A stretch of 64,000 bases of DNA from Mayamaea pseudoterrestris (lineage: Eukaryota): positions 124,001-188,000 of the forward strand of contig BROI01000015.1 of NCBI GenBank assembly GCA_027923505.1. Reading direction: 5' to 3'. Below the pieces are notes generated by a model. The model did no database searches. It was not told the DNA's origin and was given only the letters and a program-made list of their open reading frames with translations. A program made the translations under genes and the position numbers. This document shows positions 10,270-20,995 of the stretch, one piece after another (position 1 is the stretch's first letter; each line of letters opens with the position of its first letter).

Positions 10270-11739
10270 ATGGACTTTGCTGCCGCTCTTGCTAAGTTGG
10301 AAAAGACAGCCAACGCGACAACAAATAGCAGTCAGGACAGGAAAGAAGAAAGCGACGATAAAAGACGAAGACATCCAGAAACCTATTCAGAACCCCATGA
10401 AGGCCGACCTCATCAACGCATGCGATACGATCATCACAGCCAACGTCATGGCCCATCCAATTCACTCGATGAACTGGTCCGATTCGGCTATCACATTCGG
10501 CCAAGCTCTCATAGAGAGGCCTTATATGAGTCCACCTCCGATCCGAAACATATTTGTTTAATGCTGCTTTGCATAGACTCAGTCCCTTACTTTGACATAT
10601 GGAAAGCCTTCGCTAACCCGACCGACCACGATACAAATACCATTGTGAGCCTCGTCATTCATGCCAAATATCCTCAAACACTTTTTCAAGACGAAATTAT
10701 GAAGAAGTTTCTACTTGTTCACCCTCCTCGCTTGGGACGTGGAAACTCATACGATGATCCCGAACCATTTTCATTATCGCCAAACTGGGGGAGCGTTCAG
10801 CTTACGCAAGCAATGATTTGTTTACTGAAACGAGGCATGCAGATAGGGCTCGACAAGGAGCAGCGTGACGAAAGGTTTGCAACACGTCGATTTGTCTTGT
10901 CGTCTCATGGTGCCACACTAGAAAACGTTTCGCCGGTGGACCATTTTGTGTTTATCAGCGAATCTTGCCTGCCAGTGCGAACACTTCGAGAATGCGTACA
11001 CATGATTTGGGGCTCAGACGAAACGGTGGTAGACAAGCCACCAAACGGCGGTGTAGTTAATGGCTCAGCAGTTGCGGATGGAGCGAATACACGTGAGGGA
11101 ATAACAGGGTTCGACGAATTCGCCGGTAATGACAATGCGGCCTTTCCACCAAGTAACGTAACGGGAACCGAAAATAAGCCCGTCACTCCGCACATCGATG
11201 CATTTGCCAAGAGCTGGTTACACGCTCGGAATTTGAGTACGCCCGGAGTTCCTCGTAACAAGTATGAGCGGGATCAGTTTCAAAACATTCATCGAATGGT
11301 GCCACAGTTTTGCCGCTGGAAGGCTGATCAGTGGGTTTTACTGAGTCGACCCCATGCTTCATCGGTGCTGCAAGTGGATGCGCACATGCGACCCGAAGAC
11401 CAGCTGATCCACTCTTTTTCGAAGGTACCTGCGAGCGACGAAATGTACTTTCCGACAGTGCTGGCGGTGTTGGGCATTCTAAAGGAAGGTGATATATCGT
11501 CCGGGATTTCGACACGCCAAGTTACTTACGTTGATTGGACGGAAGGAATGCGAAATCCTGCTTGCTTTGAACGTGGCATTCGCGACTTTCGTCGAGTTGC
11601 CATGTTGGCACGACAGCAGGGCTGCCTTTTTGCAAGAAAGTTTGTTTTGCGACACCCAGGACGCGATGAAGTGACGGGACAGATAAGTGGCAGTGAATGG
11701 ACTGCGTCGGTTATAGAATTTACGCGCATTCAATGCTAA
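10270..11739 (+). CDS. Core-2/I-branching (GT14-like/DUF266) glycosyltransferase
   Basis: Motifs WGSVQLTQAM, FVFISESCLPV, KADQW.LLSR.HA, SDEMYFPT, TYVDW and LFARKF. Confidence 0.8.
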   Translation: MDFAAALAKLEKTANATTNSSQDRKEESDDKRRRHPETYSEPHEGRPHQRMRYDHHSQRHGPSNSLDELVRFGYHIRPSSHREALYESTSDPKHICLMLLCIDSVPYFDIWKAFANPTDHDTNTIVSLVIHAKYPQTLFQDEIMKKFLLVHPPRLGRGNSYDDPEPFSLSPNWGSVQLTQAMICLLKRGMQIGLDKEQRDERFATRRFVLSSHGATLENVSPVDHFVFISESCLPVRTLRECVHMIWGSDETVVDKPPNGGVVNGSAVADGANTREGITGFDEFAGNDNAAFPPSNVTGTENKPVTPHIDAFAKSWLHARNLSTPGVPRNKYERDQFQNIHRMVPQFCRWKADQWVLLSRPHASSVLQVDAHMRPEDQLIHSFSKVPASDEMYFPTVLAVLGILKEGDISSGISTRQVTYVDWTEGMRNPACFERGIRDFRRVAMLARQQGCLFARKFVLRHPGRDEVTGQISGSEWTASVIEFTRIQC

Positions 11740-11886
11740 GCGGATGGAATTGCTTATGGACATTAGCAATTTTCAATGATGAAAGGATACCATCGATTTA
11801 GAGACTCTGCATTACCGATGCAGCATACGACAAGCGTATCAACATGGCTAATCATAATACTAAAGTGGTACATTATTGCAATGCAT

Positions 11887-13836
11887 TTACTCATCAGCAT
11901 GGTGTCTATTCCACAATTCAAGGAGCGGCAAGTTCTGATAGTACCCAAGACCTTGAGCGCCATCCTTAAAAGTAAATCCTACCTTAGAACCGTCGAATGT
12001 CTCGCTCATCATGAACGACACGTCGTTGTGCTCCAAGTCTCTCAAGAGCTTGGAGCATAGATCACTGCTATAATCATGTGCATGAACATTAGCCATTTTG
12101 CCACGAAGACCTGCCGTGGGAATCGCAAAGTTGGCACTCTTGGCTCCCATGACAGTCGTATCACCCTCGACAGGAGCCTTGCCAACTTCATGCGGATGGT
12201 CTGGTCCACGAACATCCAAATGGGCAATTCGATCGGGTAATTCACTCATTACATCAGTTCCATAGTTCTTCGTTTCACTCGTCTGGTAATTTTCCGTCTT
12301 CATGTCATTTATACCCAGAATTTCGTTCTGCTCATGGCTTCTCTCGTACTCTTCAATCGCCAAAGCGGCATCGACATATGCCTCGTAGCAGTCGTTGTTT
12401 CCTTCCTTCTCCGCTTTTAATGAAAGCGCAATGGCATCTTTCGGGATGGGGCCGACGAATGAATTAGAGAGTGGATCGGATATGATCATGGTGAAGGGAA
12501 ACGAGGCCCCGTCCGCCATTCCCTTCAGTTTCTGCAAAAACGCATTGTACCGCACATAGTTGGGTGATGGCTCGGAAAAGGCGCCTCCATCATTCGTCAA
12601 GTGTTGTTTCGCCGCAGCATCTCCACTGCCAAACGGATTCGCCTGCTTGAGCCGATCGTGCATCTTGTTCAACAACCCCTCCACAGTCGAATACACACCA
12701 TCTAGTCCACCTTCCTCCATTTCCAAATCAAGCTCAGGTATTGCGATTCCTGAAGTATCACTTTTTAAAACTTCTCTCGCCAAGTCATCTGCATGTTGAA
12801 CTCGTAGAACAATCTTGGTGCCAAACCGAGGAATCGCTCCACCTCCCTTGATTTCATTGCTCTTAAAACCACAATTTTCGCACAATAGGCTCATAATAAT
12901 AACCTCCTTAAAATGTGGAATGTTTGTAAAGCACATGTTTGTCTCAGCCGGTGCATGGCAGTGGGAGCAAGTGGTTGGAAATTTGTGAACCTCCTGTCGA
13001 ATGGCCTTGGCTGTGGTGGCATCGTCACCAGGGTCCACTTGAATGGAATGCTGCCCTGCTGCAACGTTTGCAATATTCTTGTGCAATGGATTAAAGTCAT
13101 CAATCTTGCTGTCCTCCAAAGCTTGCTTTGAGGGTTGCAGACCGAGCGACATGTCCTGGTTGGCAGTTCGAAAGTATTGCTCAGCGACAAGGTTTGTATC
13201 TGGCTGTGGCGCTTGAGTATCTTCAATGAAGGAATTTCCAGCAGGATCGTCAAGAATCACATGAAACGGAAAGACTGGGGGATTCTCTGCCGCAGGAAAT
13301 TTGGTTTCGCCTCCGTCGTCACTATCCACGTCGTCGAGCGTTTGTCCAGCCAAGCGTCTTAGCTCACAAATAACGCGACGGCACCTATGGAAATTGTCGA
13401 CATCACCGAGTCTTAAACGCTCCGGCTGTAGCTCCTCCAAGTTCGACGCTGCTCGTAACAAGACTCCTTCTAGTGTTGAAATCATGCCTCGTTGCGTCGA
13501 TGGTGGAATCTCAAATTCCAAATGAGGGATCCGGAGCGACGCAGAGTCCGACTTGATAATTTGTCGATTCAAGTCGTCGGCGCACGAAACAGTCAGACTT
13601 ATCCTTTCACCCTTTTCTTGAATCTCGCCTCCAAAATTGACTTCCGAGTTTCGGAAGTTACAGTCAGGACAAGTGAGACTCATAATGATGATTTCTCGAA
13701 AGAGAGGAATCTTGGTTGGAAGCATCGTGGTAACTGCATGGCCTTGGTTACATGCGGGGCAGTAGCAGTCGCGAATAATGCTGACATCGTCCTCGTAGCC
13801 TTGCGTCCAGCCATTAATATCAGGTAGAGCTGCCAT
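11887..13836 (-). CDS. ZPR1: Zinc finger protein ZPR1
   Basis: Two C4 zinc finger + A/B modules (CPAC...IPLFREIIIMSLTCPDC; CSHC...IPHFKEVIIMSLLCENC), DDPAGNSF. Likely start MAALP at 13836. Confidence 0.95.
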   Translation of the reverse strand: MAALPDINGWTQGYEDDVSIIRDCYCPACNQGHAVTTMLPTKIPLFREIIIMSLTCPDCNFRNSEVNFGGEIQEKGERISLTVSCADDLNRQIIKSDSASLRIPHLEFEIPPSTQRGMISTLEGVLLRAASNLEELQPERLRLGDVDNFHRCRRVICELRRLAGQTLDDVDSDDGGETKFPAAENPPVFPFHVILDDPAGNSFIEDTQAPQPDTNLVAEQYFRTANQDMSLGLQPSKQALEDSKIDDFNPLHKNIANVAAGQHSIQVDPGDDATTAKAIRQEVHKFPTTCSHCHAPAETNMCFTNIPHFKEVIIMSLLCENCGFKSNEIKGGGAIPRFGTKIVLRVQHADDLAREVLKSDTSGIAIPELDLEMEEGGLDGVYSTVEGLLNKMHDRLKQANPFGSGDAAAKQHLTNDGGAFSEPSPNYVRYNAFLQKLKGMADGASFPFTMIISDPLSNSFVGPIPKDAIALSLKAEKEGNNDCYEAYVDAALAIEEYERSHEQNEILGINDMKTENYQTSETKNYGTDVMSELPDRIAHLDVRGPDHPHEVGKAPVEGDTTVMGAKSANFAIPTAGLRGKMANVHAHDYSSDLCSKLLRDLEHNDVSFMMSETFDGSKVGFTFKDGAQGLGYYQNLPLLELWNRHHADE

Positions 13837-14082
13837 GGTGAGAAGAGATGGATGACATGAGCGGAAGCGAGGGAAAAAATGAAGGGGTGATGTTCGATGG
13901 CCTCGAGTTCCACGTCGGAAATGTACCAAACTTACGTGAGAACCGGTAAGACGTCGCAACACACTTTTTCGATTCGACAACCAGCACCATGGCCATCACC
14001 CCGCATTTTTGTTGCAACGCACATCAAGCAACTGAAGCTGAGCTTGTCGGAGAAAACGAGCAGTAGACAGTTAATAATAACC

Positions 14083-15990
14083 ATGAGAGAAAGAAGACAA
14101 AATTACGCACCAACTCGCTTCGCCTCCGTTCATCGAAGGAACCTTATCATCCTCGCCTCCGTCTGCGTCGCAGATCCAACACTAGCGTTCCGTCCAACAT
14201 GTCATGCACCATTTCATAGATCTTCCTACTTGCATCTATCTAACGCTGCTAATGACGGAGGAATTGGCATTGGCATTGATCTTGGTACGACATTCTCAGC
14301 CGTTGCATACCTCGATGACGACGGCTTTCCACAAATCGTTCCAACAACTCAAGGATACCGGACAATGCCTTCTGTCGTTGCGCTTGATGGAGATGCAGTG
14401 GTTGTAGGTCATGACGCTCTCAACACGGATGGAGCATATCGACACGTTAAGCGAGTCATTGGAACGGGAGGCAAGTTGGATCCAGCCATTGCCTCGGTTG
14501 TTCCTCATGTTCGACCGAGTCGACAAGGCAAAACCTTCAAAAAGAACTCATTGCCAAACCAATTACACGACGCAGAACACTTTCCAACATTCCTTTACTC
14601 GACGGTCGAGAAGGAGACAAACATTCGGCCAGAATTCATTTCCAGCTGCTTGCTGCAGTCACTTCGATTGCAAGCGGAAGCTCACACCGGCAAAACTGTG
14701 ACGCGTGCTGTCATTGGGGTTCCAGCCTATTTCAACGACGCGCAGCGACAAGCCACATTGGACGCTGCTGCAATGGCAGGTATGGACAAGGTCAAGCTAC
14801 TCCGCGAGCCAGAGGCGGCTGCACTTGCCTATGGCAAGCTCCTCGAGCAAAAGAGTAATTCCACTGCGCGAGGCGACATGATGGACGACGACGACGACGA
14901 CGAGTTGGTACTAGTGTTGGATTTGGGTGGAGGCACCTACGATGTCTCTGTTTTAGTGGTAGGAAATGGCGTGACTGAGATCGTTTGCACGTCGGGTAAC
15001 GTTCAGCTTGGCGGAGCGGACATGGATCGCAAAGTCTCGAAACATTTGATGCAGCTCGTTCAGCGACATGCAACTGACGCAAAAACAAAGTGGTCGGAGC
15101 AGGCTATCATGTCGGTTGTGAGAGTTTCAGAGAAGGTCCGTATTTTTCTCAGCAATAATCGATTTGCAAATCTTGCATTGCCATTGGAGGAGTCAGGCTG
15201 GAGGAATTTAAATGATCTGTCAAGCGTGCTACTTCCTAATGATTGCCAGAAAGGTGACGAGAGCATGTTACCAGAGGATGGAAGAAGCAATTCTACGCAC
15301 GTACTGTGTCGCTTCTCACGAAAAAAGATGGAAGGCTTGTGTCAGGAGGAGTTACTCGCGCTTCTGCGGCCGATGCGCGAGGTGGCCATTGCTGGAGGCG
15401 TTCTTCTGCCTGGCGATGCCGATCCTGCCGTGCTACAGATGGCACTTGATTTGGAGGAAGCCGATAAGCAGGTATTTTCAGACTTTTACGTAAATGACGA
15501 TGCAGAAAACGCTGTTGATACAACCGAGGACGAACTCATGCGCCAAATGAAAAGCATAAAAAAATCGCAGCAAAAGGGTCGCCGGAAGGCGCACGACGTT
15601 GCCAAGAACCAACGGAAGTTTAGAGCGGAAAAAAGTCGACTACAGCAAAGCAATCAAAAGGTTCAAACTGGTATTCATGGTCGCCCATTATCCCGAGTCG
15701 TGCTGGTAGGCGGAACGACGCGTATGCCAGTGATTGGCAAGTTGATTTCTGTCGTGACAGGAGTGGTCCCGCAGCGCACTGTGAACCCAGATGAAGCCGT
15801 TGCACTTGGTTGTGCGGTCCATGTCGGTGTTTTGGATGGGGATGAGCGAATAGGCACAGTTTTGAACCCCATGCAGGCTGCCATTTTGCGGGCATTGGCC
15901 AAGCAGCAAGGTTTGCTTGACGGAATTGACGATGACAATGACGATGACTTTGAATTCGATGGTGAAGAGGTAGAAACTTTAAGCATATAG
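14083..15990 (+). CDS. Atypical Hsp70-family protein (ATPase domain only), probably plastid-targeted
   Basis: GIDLGTT, VPAYFNDAQRQAT, EPEAAALAYG, DLGGGTYDVS, LVGGTTRMP and NPDEAVALG are present. No substrate-binding domain follows. The presequence ends ...PTLAF-RP. Confidence 0.85.
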   Translation: MRERRQNYAPTRFASVHRRNLIILASVCVADPTLAFRPTCHAPFHRSSYLHLSNAANDGGIGIGIDLGTTFSAVAYLDDDGFPQIVPTTQGYRTMPSVVALDGDAVVVGHDALNTDGAYRHVKRVIGTGGKLDPAIASVVPHVRPSRQGKTFKKNSLPNQLHDAEHFPTFLYSTVEKETNIRPEFISSCLLQSLRLQAEAHTGKTVTRAVIGVPAYFNDAQRQATLDAAAMAGMDKVKLLREPEAAALAYGKLLEQKSNSTARGDMMDDDDDDELVLVLDLGGGTYDVSVLVVGNGVTEIVCTSGNVQLGGADMDRKVSKHLMQLVQRHATDAKTKWSEQAIMSVVRVSEKVRIFLSNNRFANLALPLEESGWRNLNDLSSVLLPNDCQKGDESMLPEDGRSNSTHVLCRFSRKKMEGLCQEELLALLRPMREVAIAGGVLLPGDADPAVLQMALDLEEADKQVFSDFYVNDDAENAVDTTEDELMRQMKSIKKSQQKGRRKAHDVAKNQRKFRAEKSRLQQSNQKVQTGIHGRPLSRVVLVGGTTRMPVIGKLISVVTGVVPQRTVNPDEAVALGCAVHVGVLDGDERIGTVLNPMQAAILRALAKQQGLLDGIDDDNDDDFEFDGEEVETLSI

Positions 15991-16191
15991 GGATAACTAT
16001 GTTTGTGTTGTTATTATGCAGGGAGTATGCCGAATTTTAGCTATTTACGGTACGAGTCTGACGCAGACGAAATGACGTTTTCGAAATTCATCGCCGCCGA
16101 ATGAATGATGTTGCCGACAACGATGACCAGGGTTGGTCATACCATAGTATTGTACTTAATGGCGCCAGTTTGCCCAAAAAGCTTTTAGACT

Positions 16192-17283
16192 ATGTTCCCA
16201 TCATTCCGGAGCAGCCATTTCGTCGCAGCTCTCTTGAGCTTCATTGTGACTCTCTCAATGTCCCGCGGAGGCGCCGCGCTTCCGATGGACCATCACCATC
16301 CGACATCTAAGACAGCAATTCCATTGCCGACATTACAACGAAGTGAGGGTGTTTCGAGCATTACTTTTCCCGAGCCAAAGCCCCCGTCCAACATTGAAAA
16401 CGGATCCTTGTCTTACATTGAATTTCCGCAAAGCCTTTGGGAACGACTCGAGTGGATGATTCCTGTGGCAGCCGGCATCGCATCCTTCACAACGTTCGCC
16501 TCTGTGAGCGCCACCTTTCACAAAATTGTACAGTGGATGAGCTCTAATACGTGGCTGCCAGAATCAAAAGACGATATTAACCTTCAAGCCAACGTCGTGA
16601 CGCAAGTCATTAATGGTCCAGTCATTACTTCCATCTCGGTGCTCTTTGGGACGCTAGTTTCTGTCACAGTCGCAACTCTGCACTCGCGGCAGTTTGATAT
16701 CCAAAAGTCACTCATCATCGAAATGCAGACGCTCCGACAGCTACAGTTCCTGCTCAACTCAAAGTCTGTTAGCACTGTTCTAGAATCGACAGTCCGTCTA
16801 TGGGCAATCGGATGCGTTTCCCAGCATTCCAGGCAGTTTCTCCTTGACCATTACGACAATGACACGGAACGATCAGACACTGACCCTCACGCACGCATTG
16901 AGTCCAACCTAATAACGTTACTAAATGGATGTAACGATTTGCTACTGAGCGATAAAGACTTCGATGCTCGAATGAGACTTGTTATATCGGCCACTCGTGA
17001 TCTTGCCTTGAAACTTATCAAGCAACGCACGAATCGCTGGCTAGCGCTCAAGGCACTCAAGTTTCCCGCCGTTCATTACATGACACTCTCTCTGCTTGCT
17101 CTTGGCATAAGCATTTCGTTTCTTGTCGCCACGGACGAAGCCGATTTCATCTTTCTACACGGACTACCCGTGAAAATCCTTTGGACCATTTTAATGTCAA
17201 GCTTCGCGGCGCTGGCAGTGGTGCTGAACGACTTGACGCGGCCATTTGGAGGTTCATACCGCGTTGTGAGTACGGGTAAATGA
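16192..17283 (+). CDS. DUF4239/bestrophin-like membrane protein with signal peptide
   Basis: SVLFGTLVS.T...L..RQ..I......E and DL.RPFGG.Y.V motifs, with a 2+2 transmembrane arrangement. Confidence 0.65.
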   Translation: MFPSFRSSHFVAALLSFIVTLSMSRGGAALPMDHHHPTSKTAIPLPTLQRSEGVSSITFPEPKPPSNIENGSLSYIEFPQSLWERLEWMIPVAAGIASFTTFASVSATFHKIVQWMSSNTWLPESKDDINLQANVVTQVINGPVITSISVLFGTLVSVTVATLHSRQFDIQKSLIIEMQTLRQLQFLLNSKSVSTVLESTVRLWAIGCVSQHSRQFLLDHYDNDTERSDTDPHARIESNLITLLNGCNDLLLSDKDFDARMRLVISATRDLALKLIKQRTNRWLALKALKFPAVHYMTLSLLALGISISFLVATDEADFIFLHGLPVKILWTILMSSFAALAVVLNDLTRPFGGSYRVVSTGK

Positions 17284-17741
17284 GGCAATTAATCGTAAGC
17301 ATTAGGCGATTTGAAATGCACGTTGAACAATGGACTGACAGCAAGCAAAGGTGCGAGGTGCGAGTCGCTTGATCTGCCTTTAAACTTTGAAAGGAGCCAA
17401 ACCCACTGCTCGCAAAGACGACGCTGCATTGTCTTGCCTTGCGTGGTCACTTTAATGTTTAAATTACTTTCTCGACGAGCTTGCTCAAGTCAACATGCTA
17501 ATCCACTGCTACTTTAATGTCAAAACATGTTTCAATTTAACTCGTGTTTTATATATTGGCAGGGTTCTAAACTTACAGTATGTACCTAGTGTCTCGGCGC
17601 CACCATGTGTTCATTAACAAGGTATCACATGGCAACTGTCGCGATGGAACGACTAGGTGAGGGGCGCACAAGAAGAGGTGCGTGGGGTTTGTAGCATCGT
17701 TGTGCAATCATGTCCGCCCGACAATGTTTTGACGGCCACAT

Positions 17742-18512
17742 CTAGGCGGCAGCAGCTAGCTTTGGTGCTTGTAGTATAATAGCATTTAGCAAAAAGTTGG
17801 ACTTTTGCTGATCAAGTAAAGATCCAACATAGGCGTCACCGTAAAGGTTGGGAACCACTGTGAGCGCGAAGCGAATCAATGAATCAAAAAACTTTCTGGA
17901 TTCATCGTATGCCTGCATCTCAAAAGTGACATGGGCAAGGTTGTTGTACAATGCCATGGAAAGCATGTCAATCACTGGATTGCTCGTCGCGTTCAAAGGA
18001 ACGCCAGCATCCGCTAGCAAATTGTGCGCCTTTTGGTAAAGGGACTTGGCCTTGCGGAGTCTCATGTCGCTCATGCATCGACCCTCCAGTCCCTTCAAAT
18101 GGTAAATGATGGACAGGTTGAATATGATGATGCTTGAAACAACAGTCGTGTTGATCAACGGGTCAGGCGAGTAAGCCGATTCATGAGGAATGAGGTTGAT
18201 ACCACGACCATAGGCAAACGGAGCGGAAATGGGATTCATCTTGCCCTCCTGCAAGGAAGCAGCGTCCCTTGGCTTTGGCCGCGTCGTCGCTGGAGGTTCT
18301 CCGCTTCCACTGCGACGGTGCGACGGAGCATGAACGTCAGTGTGTTTTGTAACATTGCGGACGCCTTGAGGAAGCTCTCGAGCCAGGGGATCCAAGTCAC
18401 CCATGGTGTACTTGAGCGCGAGACTGAAATGCTCCAACGCGCTGCGAAGGTCGCCAGCTTCTAGCTTGGCAACTCCATGATTATTCTCGTCGACAGCTTC
18501 CTGGTAGTGCAT
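17742..18512 (-). CDS. Diatom-type TPR-like helical protein of unknown function
   Basis: NN.GV..LE.G...A...F..AL, IIFNL...YHL and ALYNNLAH motifs, with C-terminal AAAA. Confidence 0.7.
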   Translation of the reverse strand: MHYQEAVDENNHGVAKLEAGDLRSALEHFSLALKYTMGDLDPLARELPQGVRNVTKHTDVHAPSHRRSGSGEPPATTRPKPRDAASLQEGKMNPISAPFAYGRGINLIPHESAYSPDPLINTTVVSSIIIFNLSIIYHLKGLEGRCMSDMRLRKAKSLYQKAHNLLADAGVPLNATSNPVIDMLSMALYNNLAHVTFEMQAYDESRKFFDSLIRFALTVVPNLYGDAYVGSLLDQQKSNFLLNAIILQAPKLAAAA

Positions 18513-19060
18513 GTTCCTTTGTCAGCGTATCGAGTGATACTTGCAATGCTTGAGGACTCTTTTTGCTGCTGCTGGTGCTTGCAGTTGTGGCGTCGATGCT
18601 GGCAGGGGGATCGGAGAAATTAGTCGACGCACCTCATCGTGTGCGAACTTGTTCTACCACCAACTGCACCGGATCTGATCAGCCCTTTCAGACGGCAATG
18701 CCTTCGGTCGGGCGACCATAAGTAAACTTTGCAGATGTCTACGCAACGCAACTTAGGGCAATGGTAAAAGCGACTCTATCTATTATAGCTGATGACAAGA
18801 TCCACAAGCTTCAATGACGTAAGTCGACACACCCTTCAACTTGCCAGCGCAGGCAGACGGTCCGATCCGGATGACCAATGCGAACGCACGGAGTTTCCGA
18901 GCTTTTCAGTCACGCGTTGCCGCTTGAAAACATCACATCGTTACTCGATTTGCGGCGTCGCGCATCCAGCTTGCGGTCACCATGGCTTGCGGATGCAAAA
19001 GTCAATGTAGAACGCACGGCATACTGATTCCCATCTTGCGTTGATTATTCTGCAATAATC

Positions 19061-20942
19061 ATGAACGACGACGAGCATAGACGAGAAGAGGAAGAGAGAC
19101 GTCAGAAGCGTAAGGTAAGGAAGAACCTTTCCGATGCATGCGACGAACACAAAAATTATTTCGTTTCGTTTTGTTTGACTGCTCTACGCTTTGATTGCCA
19201 AGCTTGATGTTTAATTGGTAGAACATGCTGACCAATCTCACAATTTAATCTCTTCTCTTTGTCACAGGCTAGCAAAGCCTTCAAGACAGATGCCCAGAAA
19301 GAGAAGCAGCGCAAGCGCGATGAGGTACGTCCATAAAACGGAGCATCTGCTGGTCTGCTGGTAGTTTAGCTAAGCAGTGTGGTGGTGATGTCACATTGTC
19401 TCTGACGCTTTTAATGCGGTCCCTGTCATATAGCACAAGCGCAAAGTGTTGCAGCAACAAGGTGGTGCATCTTCAGGTGGAGGCGGCAAGAAAGGCAAGG
19501 AGATTGTCGGTTCCAAGTTTCAGGAATTATTCGAGCAAAGAGCACTAGGCTTTCATATTGATTTTCGGTTTCGAAATGCTCCGCCTCGTCCACCCGTTGG
19601 GCCAACATTTGTGGGTCACTCTCTTGACGCCGTTTTGATTGAGGTGTGTCGACAGTACAAACAGCATAATTCAGTGGAAGCGAATCACACGTGGCGCTTG
19701 CACACGGAGCCAGACTTGGGCGTTCCATTGGCGCCGTCCGCTATGGACCCCAAGTCATATCCTGTCCCTGGCGAAACCAAGACTCCTAAGCCGCGAGTCA
19801 AACTTCATCCCGACGACGAGGCGTTGCTTAATTGGAAGGGCCATATGGGCGACACGGCTTCCGATTTGCTCAAGCGACGACAAGATCGCGCTCGCGCTGC
19901 AACTCGAGCAGCGTTGAGTGGTAAGACTATTGCAGCTTCGTCGTCTATTCCAGCCCAGTATTCCCAGCGGCCCGACCGGAAACACTTTTCTCGCGTGTTG
20001 GATGAAGACATGCAGACTTGGATGAAAAAGACCACGTACTTGTCCAATGACTATTCGCGAAAGGTGCACGACTTCAAGTCACTGGCACAGACGAAGCAAG
20101 ATGTCGTAATTGACTTGGATGCCAAGCAGGAGGAGATGTTGAAGCGTCGGTCTGTTCAGGCAATTCAAAGGTCGTTCCATTTGGAGAGTTGCCCGATCGT
20201 TCACCCAACCAAGAAACATATGCAGCCCAAGTCGGTTACTCAACTCTTGCCTAACGTGACTCATTGGGGCCGAGCGTATACGCACGTTGTCATTGACAAG
20301 CCACCAGTACTTAGTCAACAATTTAAATTGGAGGATCTCGAGTCGGCAATTGTGGCGCACGTGGAAAGGAAACACGCGAACTCACGCATGACGTGCCAGC
20401 TACTGTTGCGAACGCAAGGCAACAGCGAGGAGGATGCGACGAAGTTTGACGACGATGCCGATGCCGTCCGATACCAATCTGCACAAGCGTTTGATCTTGA
20501 TGTGGTACCGCTTAAGGATGAAGAAGCTCCGCATGTGCATTTTAGTTTTTCGGTCGATGAGAAGAACGGAGAAGCAACGTACTTACCGATTGCGTCACGT
20601 GTCCAGCTATCATCTGGACGGCCTATTTCGAATGGTGGCATCCGTAAGGTGTCGCGGCGAGCGCTCACTTCTTCTGAGCAAGATGAACTGGAAGAGCTGC
20701 AGGCCGAAGTTGATTGGGATCTTGCAGAGAAGCACCATCTTCACACGACACTTGGGCGCCGGACAGTTGGAAGTTTAAACGGAGCAGCAACTAACAAAAG
20801 AGCCACGACAGAAACCAGCGTGGGCGAAGGAGCAGAAAACGATGATGAAGACGATTTTGGCGACGAAGACGACGAGTCGTCTGATTCTGGCGACGACACG
20901 CTTTTTGGCGCCACGCGTAGAACCATTGTTGCTGAAGGATAG
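19061..20942 (+). CDS. PAF1: RNA polymerase II-associated factor 1; exons 19061-19114, 19268-19324, 19434-20942
   Basis: FRFRNAPP.PP..P.F, LHPDDEALL, WMKKTTYLS, HPTK...P.....LLP, acidic tail. Two phase-0 GT-AG introns (19115-19267, 19325-19433) add MNDDEHRREEEERRQKRK-ASKAFKTDAQKEKQRKRDE-HKRK. Confidence 0.88.
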
Positions 20943-20995
20943 TACAAATTAAATTAGTAAATGAGTCTTCTTTAAATATTGAGTAGTGTAGCATT

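Noticed and set aside
13836..14083. Apparent overlap of the ZPR1 and Hsp70-like ORFs (13897-13980) in the track
   Set aside because: Artefact of longest-ORF starts. The likely ATGs (13836 and 14083) leave a normal divergent promoter.
17284..17741. Long convergent intergenic gap with a short U6-like word (GATTAGCATG on the minus strand near 17494-17503)
   Set aside because: No ACAGAGA box or other U6 context, and no convincing structure.
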